Positions 10,466 to 19,706 of a stretch of DNA of 64,000 bases are shown in pieces (position 1 is the stretch's first letter; each line of letters starts with the position of its first letter). Source of the stretch: Acidimicrobiia bacterium (GTDB lineage Bacteria; Actinomycetota; Acidimicrobiia; Spongiisociales; ZC4RG35); contig JBBDQN010000031.1 in assembly GCA_040905905.1 (NCBI GenBank), forward strand, positions 150,637 to 214,636, given 5' to 3'. The translations under genes were made by a program, and so were the position numbers. The notes below the pieces were generated by a model, which ran no database searches, was not told where the DNA came from, and was given only the letters and a program-made list of their open reading frames with translations.

Positions 10466-11635
10466 CTAGACGTACTCCTGATGAGGAGCCTTGGTGGCCA
10501 CCAAGGAACCGATCATCGCTGCCACGGCGGTGGCAGCAAAGGCGGGCAAATATGAGCCGGTCCGATCGACCAGCCACCCGAAGATTGGCGTGCTGACCCC
10601 CGATCCGCTGAGAAACCCGAGCAGCACCCAACCGGTGGCGGCGCCCGCTCGCGCCGGACCGGCGGTGACGATGGTGGCGAGCATGCCCACCGAGTTCCAG
10701 GAACCGGCCGACATGCCGATCAGCGCCGCCCCAGGCCAGATCAGCCAGGCCGTCGTCGTCGAAGCAGCCAGGGCGGCTGCCGCCAGGACCGTCAGCAGGG
10801 CCAGGGTGCGCAGGGTGGCGGGGAAGGCCTGCTTGCGCTCGGCTCGGCGGGTCCAGGCCATCCTCCCGACGATGGCAGCAATGGCCGCCAGCGCCGCCGC
10901 TTGCCCGGCGGCGATTCGATCGAGACCTAGAGATTCCTCGGCGAAGAGTGGCAGAAGCACGAGAACACCAGCTCCTGTCCCCATCAACATCCCGTACACC
11001 GAGATGGGCCAGACGTCCCGGAAAGCGGATGCCCATGGAAGCCGCGCGATCCGGTCTGACACCGGGGCCGGCTTTGTGACCCGGAACGTGACAGGAAGAA
11101 AGGCGAGCCACACAGCCCCAACCAGGAGAACCGTGGGCCGCCATCCCCAGGTCAAAACCCCCAGGGGGACCAGCAATCCCAGCAAGGCCGTTCCTACCTG
11201 AACTCCTGACTGTTTAGCTCCGGTGATGAAGGCCCTTTGTCCGGGGGAGATCTCGGTGGCGATCAGTTTGTTGGTGGCCGGATTGGTCAAACCATTGGCG
11301 AAGCCTCCCAAGAACGAAGCCACAAACATGAACGCATAGGCGCCGGCTATCCCTAAAACCGCGAAGGCGAGGCTGGCAGCGCCGAAGACCACCGCCAATG
11401 CCGTGCGGCCGCCCAGGCGGTCGGTGAGCGAGCCCAAGAGGGGAGAGGCTGCCCCTCCCGTGAGCATCGATGCTCCGATCAGCAGACCGAGCTGCCCGCG
11501 ACTGATGCCGAATTCAGACAGGAGCTCCGTCCCTAACAAGCCCAGTGTCGCCGCCAGGGAGGTGGCGGCCGCCATCGAAGCTGCCAGGGTCAGGGAGAAT
11601 CCGATTCGTCTGCCGACGGGCAGGTGCTGTGTCAA
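10466..11635 (-). CDS. MFS transporter
   Basis: 389 aa with 12 predicted transmembrane segments and MFS-like loops. It overlaps the upstream hydrolase gene by 4 nt. Confidence 0.8.
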   Translation of the reverse strand: MTQHLPVGRRIGFSLTLAASMAAATSLAATLGLLGTELLSEFGISRGQLGLLIGASMLTGGAASPLLGSLTDRLGGRTALAVVFGAASLAFAVLGIAGAYAFMFVASFLGGFANGLTNPATNKLIATEISPGQRAFITGAKQSGVQVGTALLGLLVPLGVLTWGWRPTVLLVGAVWLAFLPVTFRVTKPAPVSDRIARLPWASAFRDVWPISVYGMLMGTGAGVLVLLPLFAEESLGLDRIAAGQAAALAAIAAIVGRMAWTRRAERKQAFPATLRTLALLTVLAAAALAASTTTAWLIWPGAALIGMSAGSWNSVGMLATIVTAGPARAGAATGWVLLGFLSGSGVSTPIFGWLVDRTGSYLPAFAATAVAAMIGSLVATKAPHQEYV

Positions 11636-12447
11636 TTGGAGGCAGAGGCGATCATCGCATCGCCCAAGGAAAGGAATGAGCCGACAACAGCCAACAATGC
11701 CTCGGGGTCCTGCAGCTGAGGAGCATGAGCGAGTCCGGAGATCAGGTGAAACGATGCCCCCGGGATAAGCTCGGCCAACCTCTGGCCCATCGCAGGTGGC
11801 GTGGCCTGATCCTCGGAACCAACCACGATCAATGTGGGGTTGCGCACCTGGGACGCCGATGACGTGTAATCCACCGTCTGCAATGCCCGGCAGGCGATTG
11901 TGAAGGCCTCCGGATCAGTTCCCAGCAAGGCCTCGCTTCGCTGAGTCGCTTCAGCCGGATGATCAGCCAGATAGCTCTCGGTGAAGATCCGTCGAAGTGC
12001 GATGTCGACCACTGCTTGCATGCCCCCGGCCGATACCTTGTCGGCCATCAATTCGAACACCTGGCCGGCGGCCGCGAATCCGGTGCCGCATCCGATCAGA
12101 ACCAGGCGGCCGAACGATCCCACGTGACGGATGGCGACGCCGAGGGCAACGAAGGCGCCGAACCCGTTACCCACCAAGGCAGTCGTCCGGGGGTCGTAGC
12201 CACCTTCTTCCAACAGCCCCCCGATACAGTCGGCGAACGAATCGATTTCAGGTTCGCAACTTGACGATCGGCCGAATCCGGGCAAATCGACCTTGTGGAC
12301 GCGCCAGCGGGCGGACAATGCCGGAATGATGGGGTCGAAGGCATTGCGATCGGTGAGCAAAGAGTGGAGGAGCACGAGATCAGGCCCCTCGCCAATGACT
12401 TCCCGGGAGATGATGCCTCGACTCGTCACGACCACGTCTTTTGTCAA
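11632..12447 (-). CDS. alpha/beta hydrolase fold protein
   Basis: 271 aa with the nucleophile elbow GNGFGA. Confidence 0.75.
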   Translation of the reverse strand: MTKDVVVTSRGIISREVIGEGPDLVLLHSLLTDRNAFDPIIPALSARWRVHKVDLPGFGRSSSCEPEIDSFADCIGGLLEEGGYDPRTTALVGNGFGAFVALGVAIRHVGSFGRLVLIGCGTGFAAAGQVFELMADKVSAGGMQAVVDIALRRIFTESYLADHPAEATQRSEALLGTDPEAFTIACRALQTVDYTSSASQVRNPTLIVVGSEDQATPPAMGQRLAELIPGASFHLISGLAHAPQLQDPEALLAVVGSFLSLGDAMIASASN

Positions 12448-12513
12448 TTCTCCTCCATGGTATTTACCCGGCGCTTTCGGTGAAGACGAGCTGGCTCGAA
12501 CTCATCTAGACCT

Positions 12514-13509
12514 CTAACGGCGAATGTTGTCGATGAGTGCCTGGAAATTCCCATGGGTGATCATCTCGTACTCGTCGGGGCCGAGGCCCGGGGAGGCCTT
12601 CAGGGTGGCCAGGGGATCAAGGTCGCCCATCTCGAAGGGATAGTCGGATCCGAGCAGGACTCGATCCGCTCCGACCAATGAGATCAAAGCAGCGACTGCC
12701 TGCGGCGAGTGCAGCACCGTGTCGAAGTACAGACCGCGTGCCACTTCCGACGGTGGTCGTGTTGCATTGCGAGCTGCGAGGTGGGGCACAGTCCGAAACC
12801 CATGCTCAAGCCTTCCCAACTGAAAGGGAAGAAACCCGCCCCCATGGACAAGTAGGACTTTGAGATCGGGGTGGCGATCGAATACCCCTGACAGCATGAG
12901 GTTTCCTATCGCCAGGGTCGTCTCAGCAGGTCGTCCGACCATGTTGTCAAGATTGTTGCGCCAGGCAACGCCTGCCAGGGGTTGGTAGGGGTGAATCAAG
13001 ATTGGACAGGACAGGTCGGTCGCCGCCGCCCAGAAGGGGTCGAGAGCTGCCCGGTCGAGGTCGGTTCCGTCAACCGTGGTGGCTATCTCCACTCCGACCA
13101 TGCCAAGCTCCACGATGGCGTAGCGCAATTCCTCCGCGGCGGCGTCCGGAGTCTGCAGGGGAGCAGTGGCCAACGCCAGAAACCGATCGGAAGCGGAGGC
13201 CTCCTCCGCCAGCATCTCGTTGAGGCGTCGGCTGTAGGTGGCTGCCCCCCGACCTTCGAGCGCGTAGCCGGTCAGGTCGATCCAGCTCGACAGGATCTGT
13301 ATGTCGATACCCGTACGGTCCATGGTTTCGAGTCGGCGAACGCGGTCGGTGAGAAACGGCCGGAATGGTCCGGCCCTGACCCGGCCAACGAACAGCGCAT
13401 TGAGGCCCGTGTCATCGGTGAACACCTCGACACCGAATCGGTGGCCGTCTGCTTTGAGCAGATCGATGAAGGCGGATGGAATGCAATGGGCATGGACGTC
13501 GTAAGTCAT
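12514..13509 (-). CDS. amidohydrolase-2 family protein (ACMSD/LigW-like metal-dependent hydrolase or decarboxylase)
   Basis: N-terminal YDVHAHCIP metal-binding motif of PF04909-type proteins. Confidence 0.7.
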   Translation of the reverse strand: MTYDVHAHCIPSAFIDLLKADGHRFGVEVFTDDTGLNALFVGRVRAGPFRPFLTDRVRRLETMDRTGIDIQILSSWIDLTGYALEGRGAATYSRRLNEMLAEEASASDRFLALATAPLQTPDAAAEELRYAIVELGMVGVEIATTVDGTDLDRAALDPFWAAATDLSCPILIHPYQPLAGVAWRNNLDNMVGRPAETTLAIGNLMLSGVFDRHPDLKVLLVHGGGFLPFQLGRLEHGFRTVPHLAARNATRPPSEVARGLYFDTVLHSPQAVAALISLVGADRVLLGSDYPFEMGDLDPLATLKASPGLGPDEYEMITHGNFQALIDNIRR

Positions 13510-15212
13510 CGGTTCCTCGGTATAAAAGGAAGAAGCACCGAGCTGTCGTGGACCGGACCGCCGTGGATCGTGGTGATGCCGCCGAACACCTCGGTCGGGC
13601 GGTCACCTGGATCGTCGTGAAGAAACGGACCCACGCCGGTGAACGGATTCTTAAAGGTCGAAATAGAGTCACTCGCCGACCCGTCATGTCGGTAGTCGTT
13701 GCCGCGAACGCTGAGCCCGATCCGCCAGCCCATGGGTGCCACGATCGAGGTGGGCCATATCTCCACTTCGAGCTCGTACACCTCGTCTGGCCTCAACGGC
13801 TGGAATTCGGTATGCGTGTGATAGGGACGCCACGGAGTCGAACGGCTCTGATCCTGCCGCCGATGGGAAGCGCGCAACCAACCGTGGGCGAGAGGTGATC
13901 GCGGGTCCAGTGCACCCTGAAAAGTCACCTCCTCGCCATCCGGGTTGAACAGCCTCAGCACAAGGAAGAGGTCGAGGTCCTCGGTGGAGGAAGAGACCCA
14001 CAGCCTCGCCGATGCGGGTCCGGTGATCTCGGTCTCATCATCGAATGGCTGGGTGAAGAAGGTGATCCCCGCGCCAGGGGCGGCGTATTCGAGTTTCCAC
14101 TCATGGGCGGCTGGCGCGGGTTCCAGGCGCCCATCGGATTGGAGGTGTAGCCGGGTCCAAACCGTGCCTGGCAGCGGCCATGACTCGGCTTCCCGTCGTT
14201 CGAAATGCTCGAGGTGCCGAACATTGAGAATGACCGGTGACCGGCGGTCCCAGCCGTTGTCGATGTCCTTGAGGAAGTGATCAAAAAACTCGAGCTGGAG
14301 TTCCCGGCCGTAGTCGGTGTAGAAGTGGGTCCAGTGTTCGAGTCCGTGTATCTCAAGCCACTTGTGCTTCGAGGACACGCTCATGAACCCCTCGACGTTG
14401 CCGCGCAGGTGAAGTCCGTGACCTCCCCAATTGCCGGCGGATAGCAGTGGAGTCGTGATGTGTTGGAAAGCCGGCGACCGGTTGCGGTTGTAGGCGTCCT
14501 CGAAGGGATGGGCAGCGATCTCAGCACCAAAGTCGGTCCGGTTTGCCTCAAGCTGAGTCGCACTCAGATCTTCTTCTCCACACACTTTGAGGCCGTTCAT
14601 CGAGGTGGAGGGTCCCCGGCTTCCCAACCCGTACTGCACGGTTTTTACCTGGCGGTCATACCAATTGGCAAAAAAGGTGCAGAGGATCCCGCCGTGATGG
14701 GTCATGTCCCGGTAGAAGTCGGCCGCGCCCTCCCACACGCACATCGCGGCCAAGTGGGGCGGTTGTAATGACGCGACATGCCACTGGTTGATCCCGTAAT
14801 AGGAAACCCCGTTCAACCCCACCTTTCCACTTGACCACGGCTGGACCGCCGACCATTCGATGCATTCATACAGATCGCGGGTCTCCCGGGGAGAAAAAGG
14901 ATCGATCAATCCCGCGGACCTTCCGGCGCCTCGGGAATCAACGCGAACGCACACGTAGCCCTTGGGCACCCATTTCTCCGGGTCGACCACCTCCCAGTTC
15001 TGGTACTTGTTGGAGGAACCCCAACTCACATCCGGGTGGGCGGTCACCATCCGGTTCCACTGATCGGGATAACCAACCTGAAATGGAAGCCCCTTGGCGT
15101 ACGGCCCATAGCTCAAAAGGACCGGATGTTGCCCTTCTGCTGGCCGGTAGATGTCTGCGCGCAGAGTGGCCCCATCGTCCATAGGAATCCCGACATCCCA
15201 ATCGATCTGCAT
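13506..15212 (-). CDS. CocE/NonD family hydrolase (S15 X-Pro dipeptidyl-peptidase-like)
   Basis: 568 aa; the N-terminus IPMDDGATLRADIYRP.....PVLLSYGPY is typical of the CocE/NonD family. Confidence 0.8.
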   Translation of the reverse strand: MQIDWDVGIPMDDGATLRADIYRPAEGQHPVLLSYGPYAKGLPFQVGYPDQWNRMVTAHPDVSWGSSNKYQNWEVVDPEKWVPKGYVCVRVDSRGAGRSAGLIDPFSPRETRDLYECIEWSAVQPWSSGKVGLNGVSYYGINQWHVASLQPPHLAAMCVWEGAADFYRDMTHHGGILCTFFANWYDRQVKTVQYGLGSRGPSTSMNGLKVCGEEDLSATQLEANRTDFGAEIAAHPFEDAYNRNRSPAFQHITTPLLSAGNWGGHGLHLRGNVEGFMSVSSKHKWLEIHGLEHWTHFYTDYGRELQLEFFDHFLKDIDNGWDRRSPVILNVRHLEHFERREAESWPLPGTVWTRLHLQSDGRLEPAPAAHEWKLEYAAPGAGITFFTQPFDDETEITGPASARLWVSSSTEDLDLFLVLRLFNPDGEEVTFQGALDPRSPLAHGWLRASHRRQDQSRSTPWRPYHTHTEFQPLRPDEVYELEVEIWPTSIVAPMGWRIGLSVRGNDYRHDGSASDSISTFKNPFTGVGPFLHDDPGDRPTEVFGGITTIHGGPVHDSSVLLPFIPRNR

Positions 15213-15422
15213 CGGCCTCCCGTTTGAACAGAGTTCGTGACACGTGGCACTGGCACCGTCATGACAAACGCTTGCATGGCTCCACGGCTGAAGATAGAGC
15301 CCGGAATTGAGGTGCGCAACCGGCCTCTGAACGTTGACACTGGCGCGTGTCGGCTGTCAATTCAGCGGTGAAGTTCCTCGACTGGAAGCTCCCGTTTCCG
15401 CCCCCAGGAGCAAGCAGCCGAC

Positions 15423-17306
15423 TTAGGTGCGACTTGTGATCAGGGCCTTGGCCACCGGCTGGTCTGACTTGGTGGGCTCGGAGGGCACGATCAACTGAAA
15501 GATGCTTCCCGATTCGTCACTGTGGTAGGCGACATTTCCCCCCATCAAGCGGGCAAGCTGTCGGGAGACGGTTAGCCCAAGGCCGATCGAGGAGGGTTGG
15601 GTAGGTCGGTCATGAGCCCGTTCGTAGGGCTCGAAGATTCGCTCCCAATCGGCTCTCGGTAGACCCCGCCCGTTGTCCCGCACCGTCAGCGTCGTGATGG
15701 GTCCGGCCGTATCGGCCTCTATGAAGACCTCTTCTCCTCCATATCGGATGGCGTTGGTGAGGAGGTTGCGGATGATTTGGCGGGTCCGGCTCGGATCGGC
15801 CCAGCACCTCCCCGACCCACCCGTCACCTGGATCCTTCTCGAGTCGGCCGAACCCAGGGCCAGCACGGCCGCTTCCGCCTGTGACCGCAGATACACGACC
15901 TGGGGGCGGACCGAGACAGTGCCGATCTCCGCCCGCGCAGCGACCAGAAGGTCCTCGACCATGTCGGCCATGTCATGACTTTGTTGCGCGATCAACTCGA
16001 GCATCGCCGTCAACTCCTCTGCATCGTAGGAGTGAGCCCGATCCTTCAATTCCTCGGCGAAACCCATCACCGCCGCCAACGGGGTTCGCAGCTCGTGAGA
16101 GATGCTCGCTACAAAACGATCCTTGGAACGGAGGAGATCTTCGAGACGAAGCCTCGTGCTCTCCCGGTCCCAGTAGGTGGCCAACATGGGAGCGGCCACC
16201 GTCAGCAGCTTGATCGCGTCCTGCGACCACTCACCGGTGCCCAGTGCCCGAAACCCGATGGCGCCCAACCATCTGGCTCCGTTGAAGATCGGCACTCCCA
16301 TCCTCACGGCACCCTCTTGGGGGTCAACCTTTTGGTAGGGCTCACCGCGAGAAAATTGTTGCAAGGCCTCGGGCCAGGCGCTCCAGGGGATGACTTTGCC
16401 AATCCCATCACGCAGTCGGGAGGAAGGAGCTTTGGAGGCATTGACGATGCGAAAGCAGAGTCCCAGTTCGTCGTCCTCGACGTTGAGTACGAGGTAGGCC
16501 GAGTCCCCCCCGATCGCAGAACGCAGGGTATGGATGGCCTCCTGGAGGGGGTCTTCATCGTTACCAAGCAGGAGAGCCCGCGAGCACGTGGCGATCGCCT
16601 GCTCGAATGAGAGCAAGTGCTGGTTCGTCACCAGGGCGGCGGCCAGGCGCTCCTCTTCTTTGATCAGGGTGTCATCGGCCCGGGCCAGCAGACGAAATCC
16701 GGCAACCAGCGTGGCCGCCAACGAGACCCCGATGGCGGCGATCTCAGGCGCGGTCGGATCGGGGAAAAGCCGGGTGATGCTCGCCACGGCCAAGGTTCCA
16801 CACCAGACGCCAAAGCGGACTGCGGTGGGTCTCGACAAAGTGAATACACCTACGAAGGTGAACAGGGCGAAGACGGGCAGGGCCGAGGCAGCCGCCGAGC
16901 GCTCTCCCAAGAAGACGGCCACCGACATTCCGACCGAGGCCAGGATCAATACCAGGAGCGGTTGGGATCGGTTTCGGCGTCTCTGGAACTCGGTCCATGC
17001 CCCGATCGAGAGGGTAACCATGGCAATCATCAGGGTCGTTGGCTGGCTGGCGAGCAGCCCGATGGCCAACAGGGCCACGCCGGATCCGAGCGCGATCGGT
17101 GCGGCCACGCCGAGGAGGGCCGTGGCCACGACGGCCCGGGCCTTGGAACCCACCGGGGGTGAAGGCTGGCTCAGCCAGCTCCTAGCGCCACTGAAGAAGG
17201 TTTCGGCAGCATGACCCGGGTCTTGAGGATGGGCTGGCGGAGGTCGCCCGGCAAAGCACGCTCCCGGTCGCGTAGGTTTGAGGAGGTACCCCACGGGAGG
17301 GAACAT
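15423..17306 (-). CDS. Membrane sensor histidine kinase with GAF domain (orphan; no response regulator in the window). The true start is probably internal, around 17150.
   Basis: Multi-transmembrane N-terminus, a GAF-like region, the HisKA motif SHELRTPL and the HATPase motifs N, G1 and G2. The first roughly 50 codons of the ORF are rich in Pro and Arg and are probably not translated. Confidence 0.7.
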   Translation of the reverse strand: MFPPVGYLLKPTRPGACFAGRPPPAHPQDPGHAAETFFSGARSWLSQPSPPVGSKARAVVATALLGVAAPIALGSGVALLAIGLLASQPTTLMIAMVTLSIGAWTEFQRRRNRSQPLLVLILASVGMSVAVFLGERSAAASALPVFALFTFVGVFTLSRPTAVRFGVWCGTLAVASITRLFPDPTAPEIAAIGVSLAATLVAGFRLLARADDTLIKEEERLAAALVTNQHLLSFEQAIATCSRALLLGNDEDPLQEAIHTLRSAIGGDSAYLVLNVEDDELGLCFRIVNASKAPSSRLRDGIGKVIPWSAWPEALQQFSRGEPYQKVDPQEGAVRMGVPIFNGARWLGAIGFRALGTGEWSQDAIKLLTVAAPMLATYWDRESTRLRLEDLLRSKDRFVASISHELRTPLAAVMGFAEELKDRAHSYDAEELTAMLELIAQQSHDMADMVEDLLVAARAEIGTVSVRPQVVYLRSQAEAAVLALGSADSRRIQVTGGSGRCWADPSRTRQIIRNLLTNAIRYGGEEVFIEADTAGPITTLTVRDNGRGLPRADWERIFEPYERAHDRPTQPSSIGLGLTVSRQLARLMGGNVAYHSDESGSIFQLIVPSEPTKSDQPVAKALITSRT

Positions 17307-17559
17307 GGAAAAGGAACAGGACGTCGTGCTTTCGATCCACGTGACCGAAGACGAAACCGAGACCGTGGCCGTGGCAAGGCTCGACCTGCGTGGAGAGCAC
17401 TTCTAGGCTACCGGGCAGGCCAGGCGCAACCCGATCGATCCACCGAAGCCCCTGATTGGTGAGGAGCTAGCGATTTCCCGGGCGCTTGGGTTGCTTCAGC
17501 ATCAGATCACCGAGTCGGCCCAGGACAAGATCGAACGATTTCTGGTTCGACAGAACTGA
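17305..17559 (+). pseudogene. DUF1876 family (Rv1738/Rv2632c-like) small protein gene interrupted by an in-frame TAG at 17404-17406
   Basis: RBS GGGAGGG and ATG at 17305. The 33 codons MEKEQDVVLSIHVTEDETETVAVARLDLRGEHF are followed by TAG, and the same frame then continues as ATGQARRNPIDPPKPLIGEELAISRALGLL... to a TGA at 17557. Both halves align co-linearly with the Rv1738 pattern ARL.LR....G.ARxNP.D...P.IGDEL..ARAL; the stop sits where a hydrophobic residue is expected. Confidence 0.6.
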
Positions 17560-17572
17560 GCTGTCCGGCACT

Positions 17573-18262
17573 TCACGCCCGCTGGCGGACTCCCACCTCG
17601 TCGAGATGGCCGAGAAGGTCGGCCGGGTCCTCATAGACGCGGTAGGCACCGGCCCGCTCTAGCTCTTCTCGTCCATAGCCCCCCGACAGCAGCCCGAGAC
17701 CGAGTGCTCGCGCCCGCCGGGCAGCCAGCAGGTCCCACACGCTGTCGCCTACTACCAACGAGTGGGTGATGTCGACTCCGAGCCGGCCGGCCGCCGCCAG
17801 GAACAGGTCGGGATCGGGCTTAGCGTGGGCCACCTGGTCGCGGGTGACCACCGGCACCCCGGCCGGCACGTTGAGCTGGCGGAGGATCGGCCCGGCGGTC
17901 TCGATATAACCGCTGGTGGCGATCGCCCAGGGAACGCCTACCTCCGATAGGTAACCGAGCAGCTCGATGGCTCCCGGGAGCGGACGGATCTGGGGAGCCC
18001 GGGCGGCATACGCTTCGGCGTGGAGCCGGCGGAGCTCGGCGGTCTGATCGCCGCTTAGCGTCATCCCGGTCTCGCGGGCGAGAGCAGTGGCGAAGAGGCC
18101 ACCACTCATCCCGATCTTGCGGTGGATCCTCCAGACCGAGACGGAAATCCCCAAATGGTCGAGGGCGTCCTGCCAGGCGAGGACGTGCTGATAGACGCTG
18201 TCCACCAATGTTCCGTCCAGATCGAAGAGGAACGCAGGGGCACCGGGCGCTTTGTCGTCCAT
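17573..18262 (-). CDS. HAD-superfamily hydrolase (beta-phosphoglucomutase/phosphatase-like)
   Basis: Motif I FLFDLDGTLVDS sits directly after the ATG at 18262; the longer upstream ORF is rejected. Confidence 0.75.
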   Translation of the reverse strand: MDDKAPGAPAFLFDLDGTLVDSVYQHVLAWQDALDHLGISVSVWRIHRKIGMSGGLFATALARETGMTLSGDQTAELRRLHAEAYAARAPQIRPLPGAIELLGYLSEVGVPWAIATSGYIETAGPILRQLNVPAGVPVVTRDQVAHAKPDPDLFLAAAGRLGVDITHSLVVGDSVWDLLAARRARALGLGLLSGGYGREELERAGAYRVYEDPADLLGHLDEVGVRQRA

Positions 18263-18387
18263 AAGACAACCGAGCGTACTCAGCGAGCCTTTCCCGCAGG
18301 CAGATTGGGCCCGCCGATATCCCTGCCCCAATTGTACCTCGGCCGCATCAGCAATACGCTGCCCGTTGGACATGATCGAGGCAGCCC

Positions 18388-19191
18388 TTGAGTGAACCAG
18401 ATCCCACCATTGAGGCAATGTGGCGGGACATGCTCACCAACCCCGAGAGTCCCCTCTACAAGAAGGGGCGAATCTTTAAACACATCCCCGGGGATCCGCG
18501 TTGTCGGTTGTGCAAGATTCCGCTCGGTGGTTTCGCCGGACCGGTCCTGAAACTAACGGGACGTCGACCGGCTCGCTACAACCCCCACTTCTGCAATGCC
18601 TGCGAGGTCTGGTCGACCACTCATCCCGGGGGGGCAGTGATAGATCTGACCGTCCTCTTCGCTGACGTCCGGGGCTCGACAGGCCTGGCTGAGAAGATGG
18701 GACCCAATGCGTTTGCTCAGCTGATGCAGCGTTTCTATCGGGTCAGTAACAGCCTATTCGCCGACAGCGAGGCTTTCATCGATACACCAGTTGGTGACGA
18801 GGTCCGAGCTTTCTACTTTCCAGTTTTCGCCGCCGACCATGCCGCCGCCGCCCTGCGGACTGCGCGTGAGCTTCTAGTCGCAACTGGACACGGCGTCGCC
18901 GGCGGACCCTGGGTTCCGGTCGGTGCCGGTGTCCACACTGGGCGGGCATTTGTGGGAACTGTGGGGGTGGAAGGAACCCACGAGTACGACGTCACTGTGC
19001 TCGGAGACGTTGCCAACGTGACTGGACGCCTCGCTTCATTGGCTCGTCAAGGCGAGATTCTCGCCAGTGAAGACGCCTACACCGCGGCGGATCTCGACCT
19101 AGGTGAACCCGAGCGTCGGACGATCGAGCTGCGGGGACGCACGGCGCCTCTCGATATCAGGGTCATAACTGTGGCACCGGTGACGGTCTGA
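18388..19191 (+). CDS. Class III adenylate/guanylate cyclase domain protein with an N-terminal Cys-rich (zinc-ribbon-like) segment
   Basis: Cyclase core LFADVRGST....TVLGDVANVTGRL, with an N-terminal C-x2-C....C-x2-C arrangement (CRLCK...CNAC). Confidence 0.7.
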   Translation: MSEPDPTIEAMWRDMLTNPESPLYKKGRIFKHIPGDPRCRLCKIPLGGFAGPVLKLTGRRPARYNPHFCNACEVWSTTHPGGAVIDLTVLFADVRGSTGLAEKMGPNAFAQLMQRFYRVSNSLFADSEAFIDTPVGDEVRAFYFPVFAADHAAAALRTARELLVATGHGVAGGPWVPVGAGVHTGRAFVGTVGVEGTHEYDVTVLGDVANVTGRLASLARQGEILASEDAYTAADLDLGEPERRTIELRGRTAPLDIRVITVAPVTV

Positions 19192-19229
19192 TCTCTGACC
19201 GGAGCCGGCTTCCTCACCGCCAGGTCTTC

Positions 19230-19652
19230 TCAGTGACGCGCCTGTGCCACCACGTGAGTGACGGGGATGGACATCCGCCGCACCAATCGGTCGTAGGCGT
19301 CGACCTTGAGCCAGCGTGAAACACCCTCGGGGAGCGTGGAGAAGATCACATGGTCGTATTCGGGGTGGTCATTCCATTCGTCGACCGCGGCGTTGAAGGG
19401 ATCCGCATCTCCCACCCGCACCGCTGCCAGTTCGATCCCGTGCCGCTTCAACTCTTCCGAAGCTTTGTTGCCTGCCTGGGTCGCGGCCGCCCGGGCCTCT
19501 CCTTCGGTCCATCCCCGCAGATGTTCGACGTGGGTGGCCGGGACTACCAGCACGAAGGTGGAGTCGGGATGGCGAGTCCGAACGGCTCGCAAGGCAGCGG
19601 CCAGCTCCGGGCTGTCGGCAGTCTGATGGGCGACCACCAGGTAATGAGCCAC
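19230..19652 (-). CDS. Hypothetical protein (141 aa), possibly a USP-like alpha/beta fold
   Basis: The GTG at 19652 is preceded by a GGAGGGG RBS. The alternating hydrophobic beta-strand pattern (HYLVVAH, FVLVVPA) gives only weak family evidence. Confidence 0.45.
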   Translation of the reverse strand: MAHYLVVAHQTADSPELAAALRAVRTRHPDSTFVLVVPATHVEHLRGWTEGEARAAATQAGNKASEELKRHGIELAAVRVGDADPFNAAVDEWNDHPEYDHVIFSTLPEGVSRWLKVDAYDRLVRRMSIPVTHVVAQARH

Positions 19653-19706
19653 AACCCCTCCTACCGTACACCGCCGGTTGACCTTGTTGACGGGTAGTTT
19701 GCTGCG

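Noticed and set aside
10104-11144. 346-aa minus-strand ORF in another frame inside the MFS transporter gene; similar artefacts occur at 2161-2985, 2657-3421, 37385-38335 and 16534-17214
   Set aside because: The peptides are Arg/Pro/Gly-rich and low-complexity, typical of out-of-frame reading of GC-rich coding DNA. The overlapping genes are well supported.
15423-17306. The full 627-aa histidine kinase ORF with its Pro/Arg-rich N-terminal 50 residues
   Set aside because: The kinase is real, but the N-terminal extension precedes the first transmembrane helix and overlaps the DUF1876 gene start. The true start is probably internal; it is kept as one feature with a flagged start.
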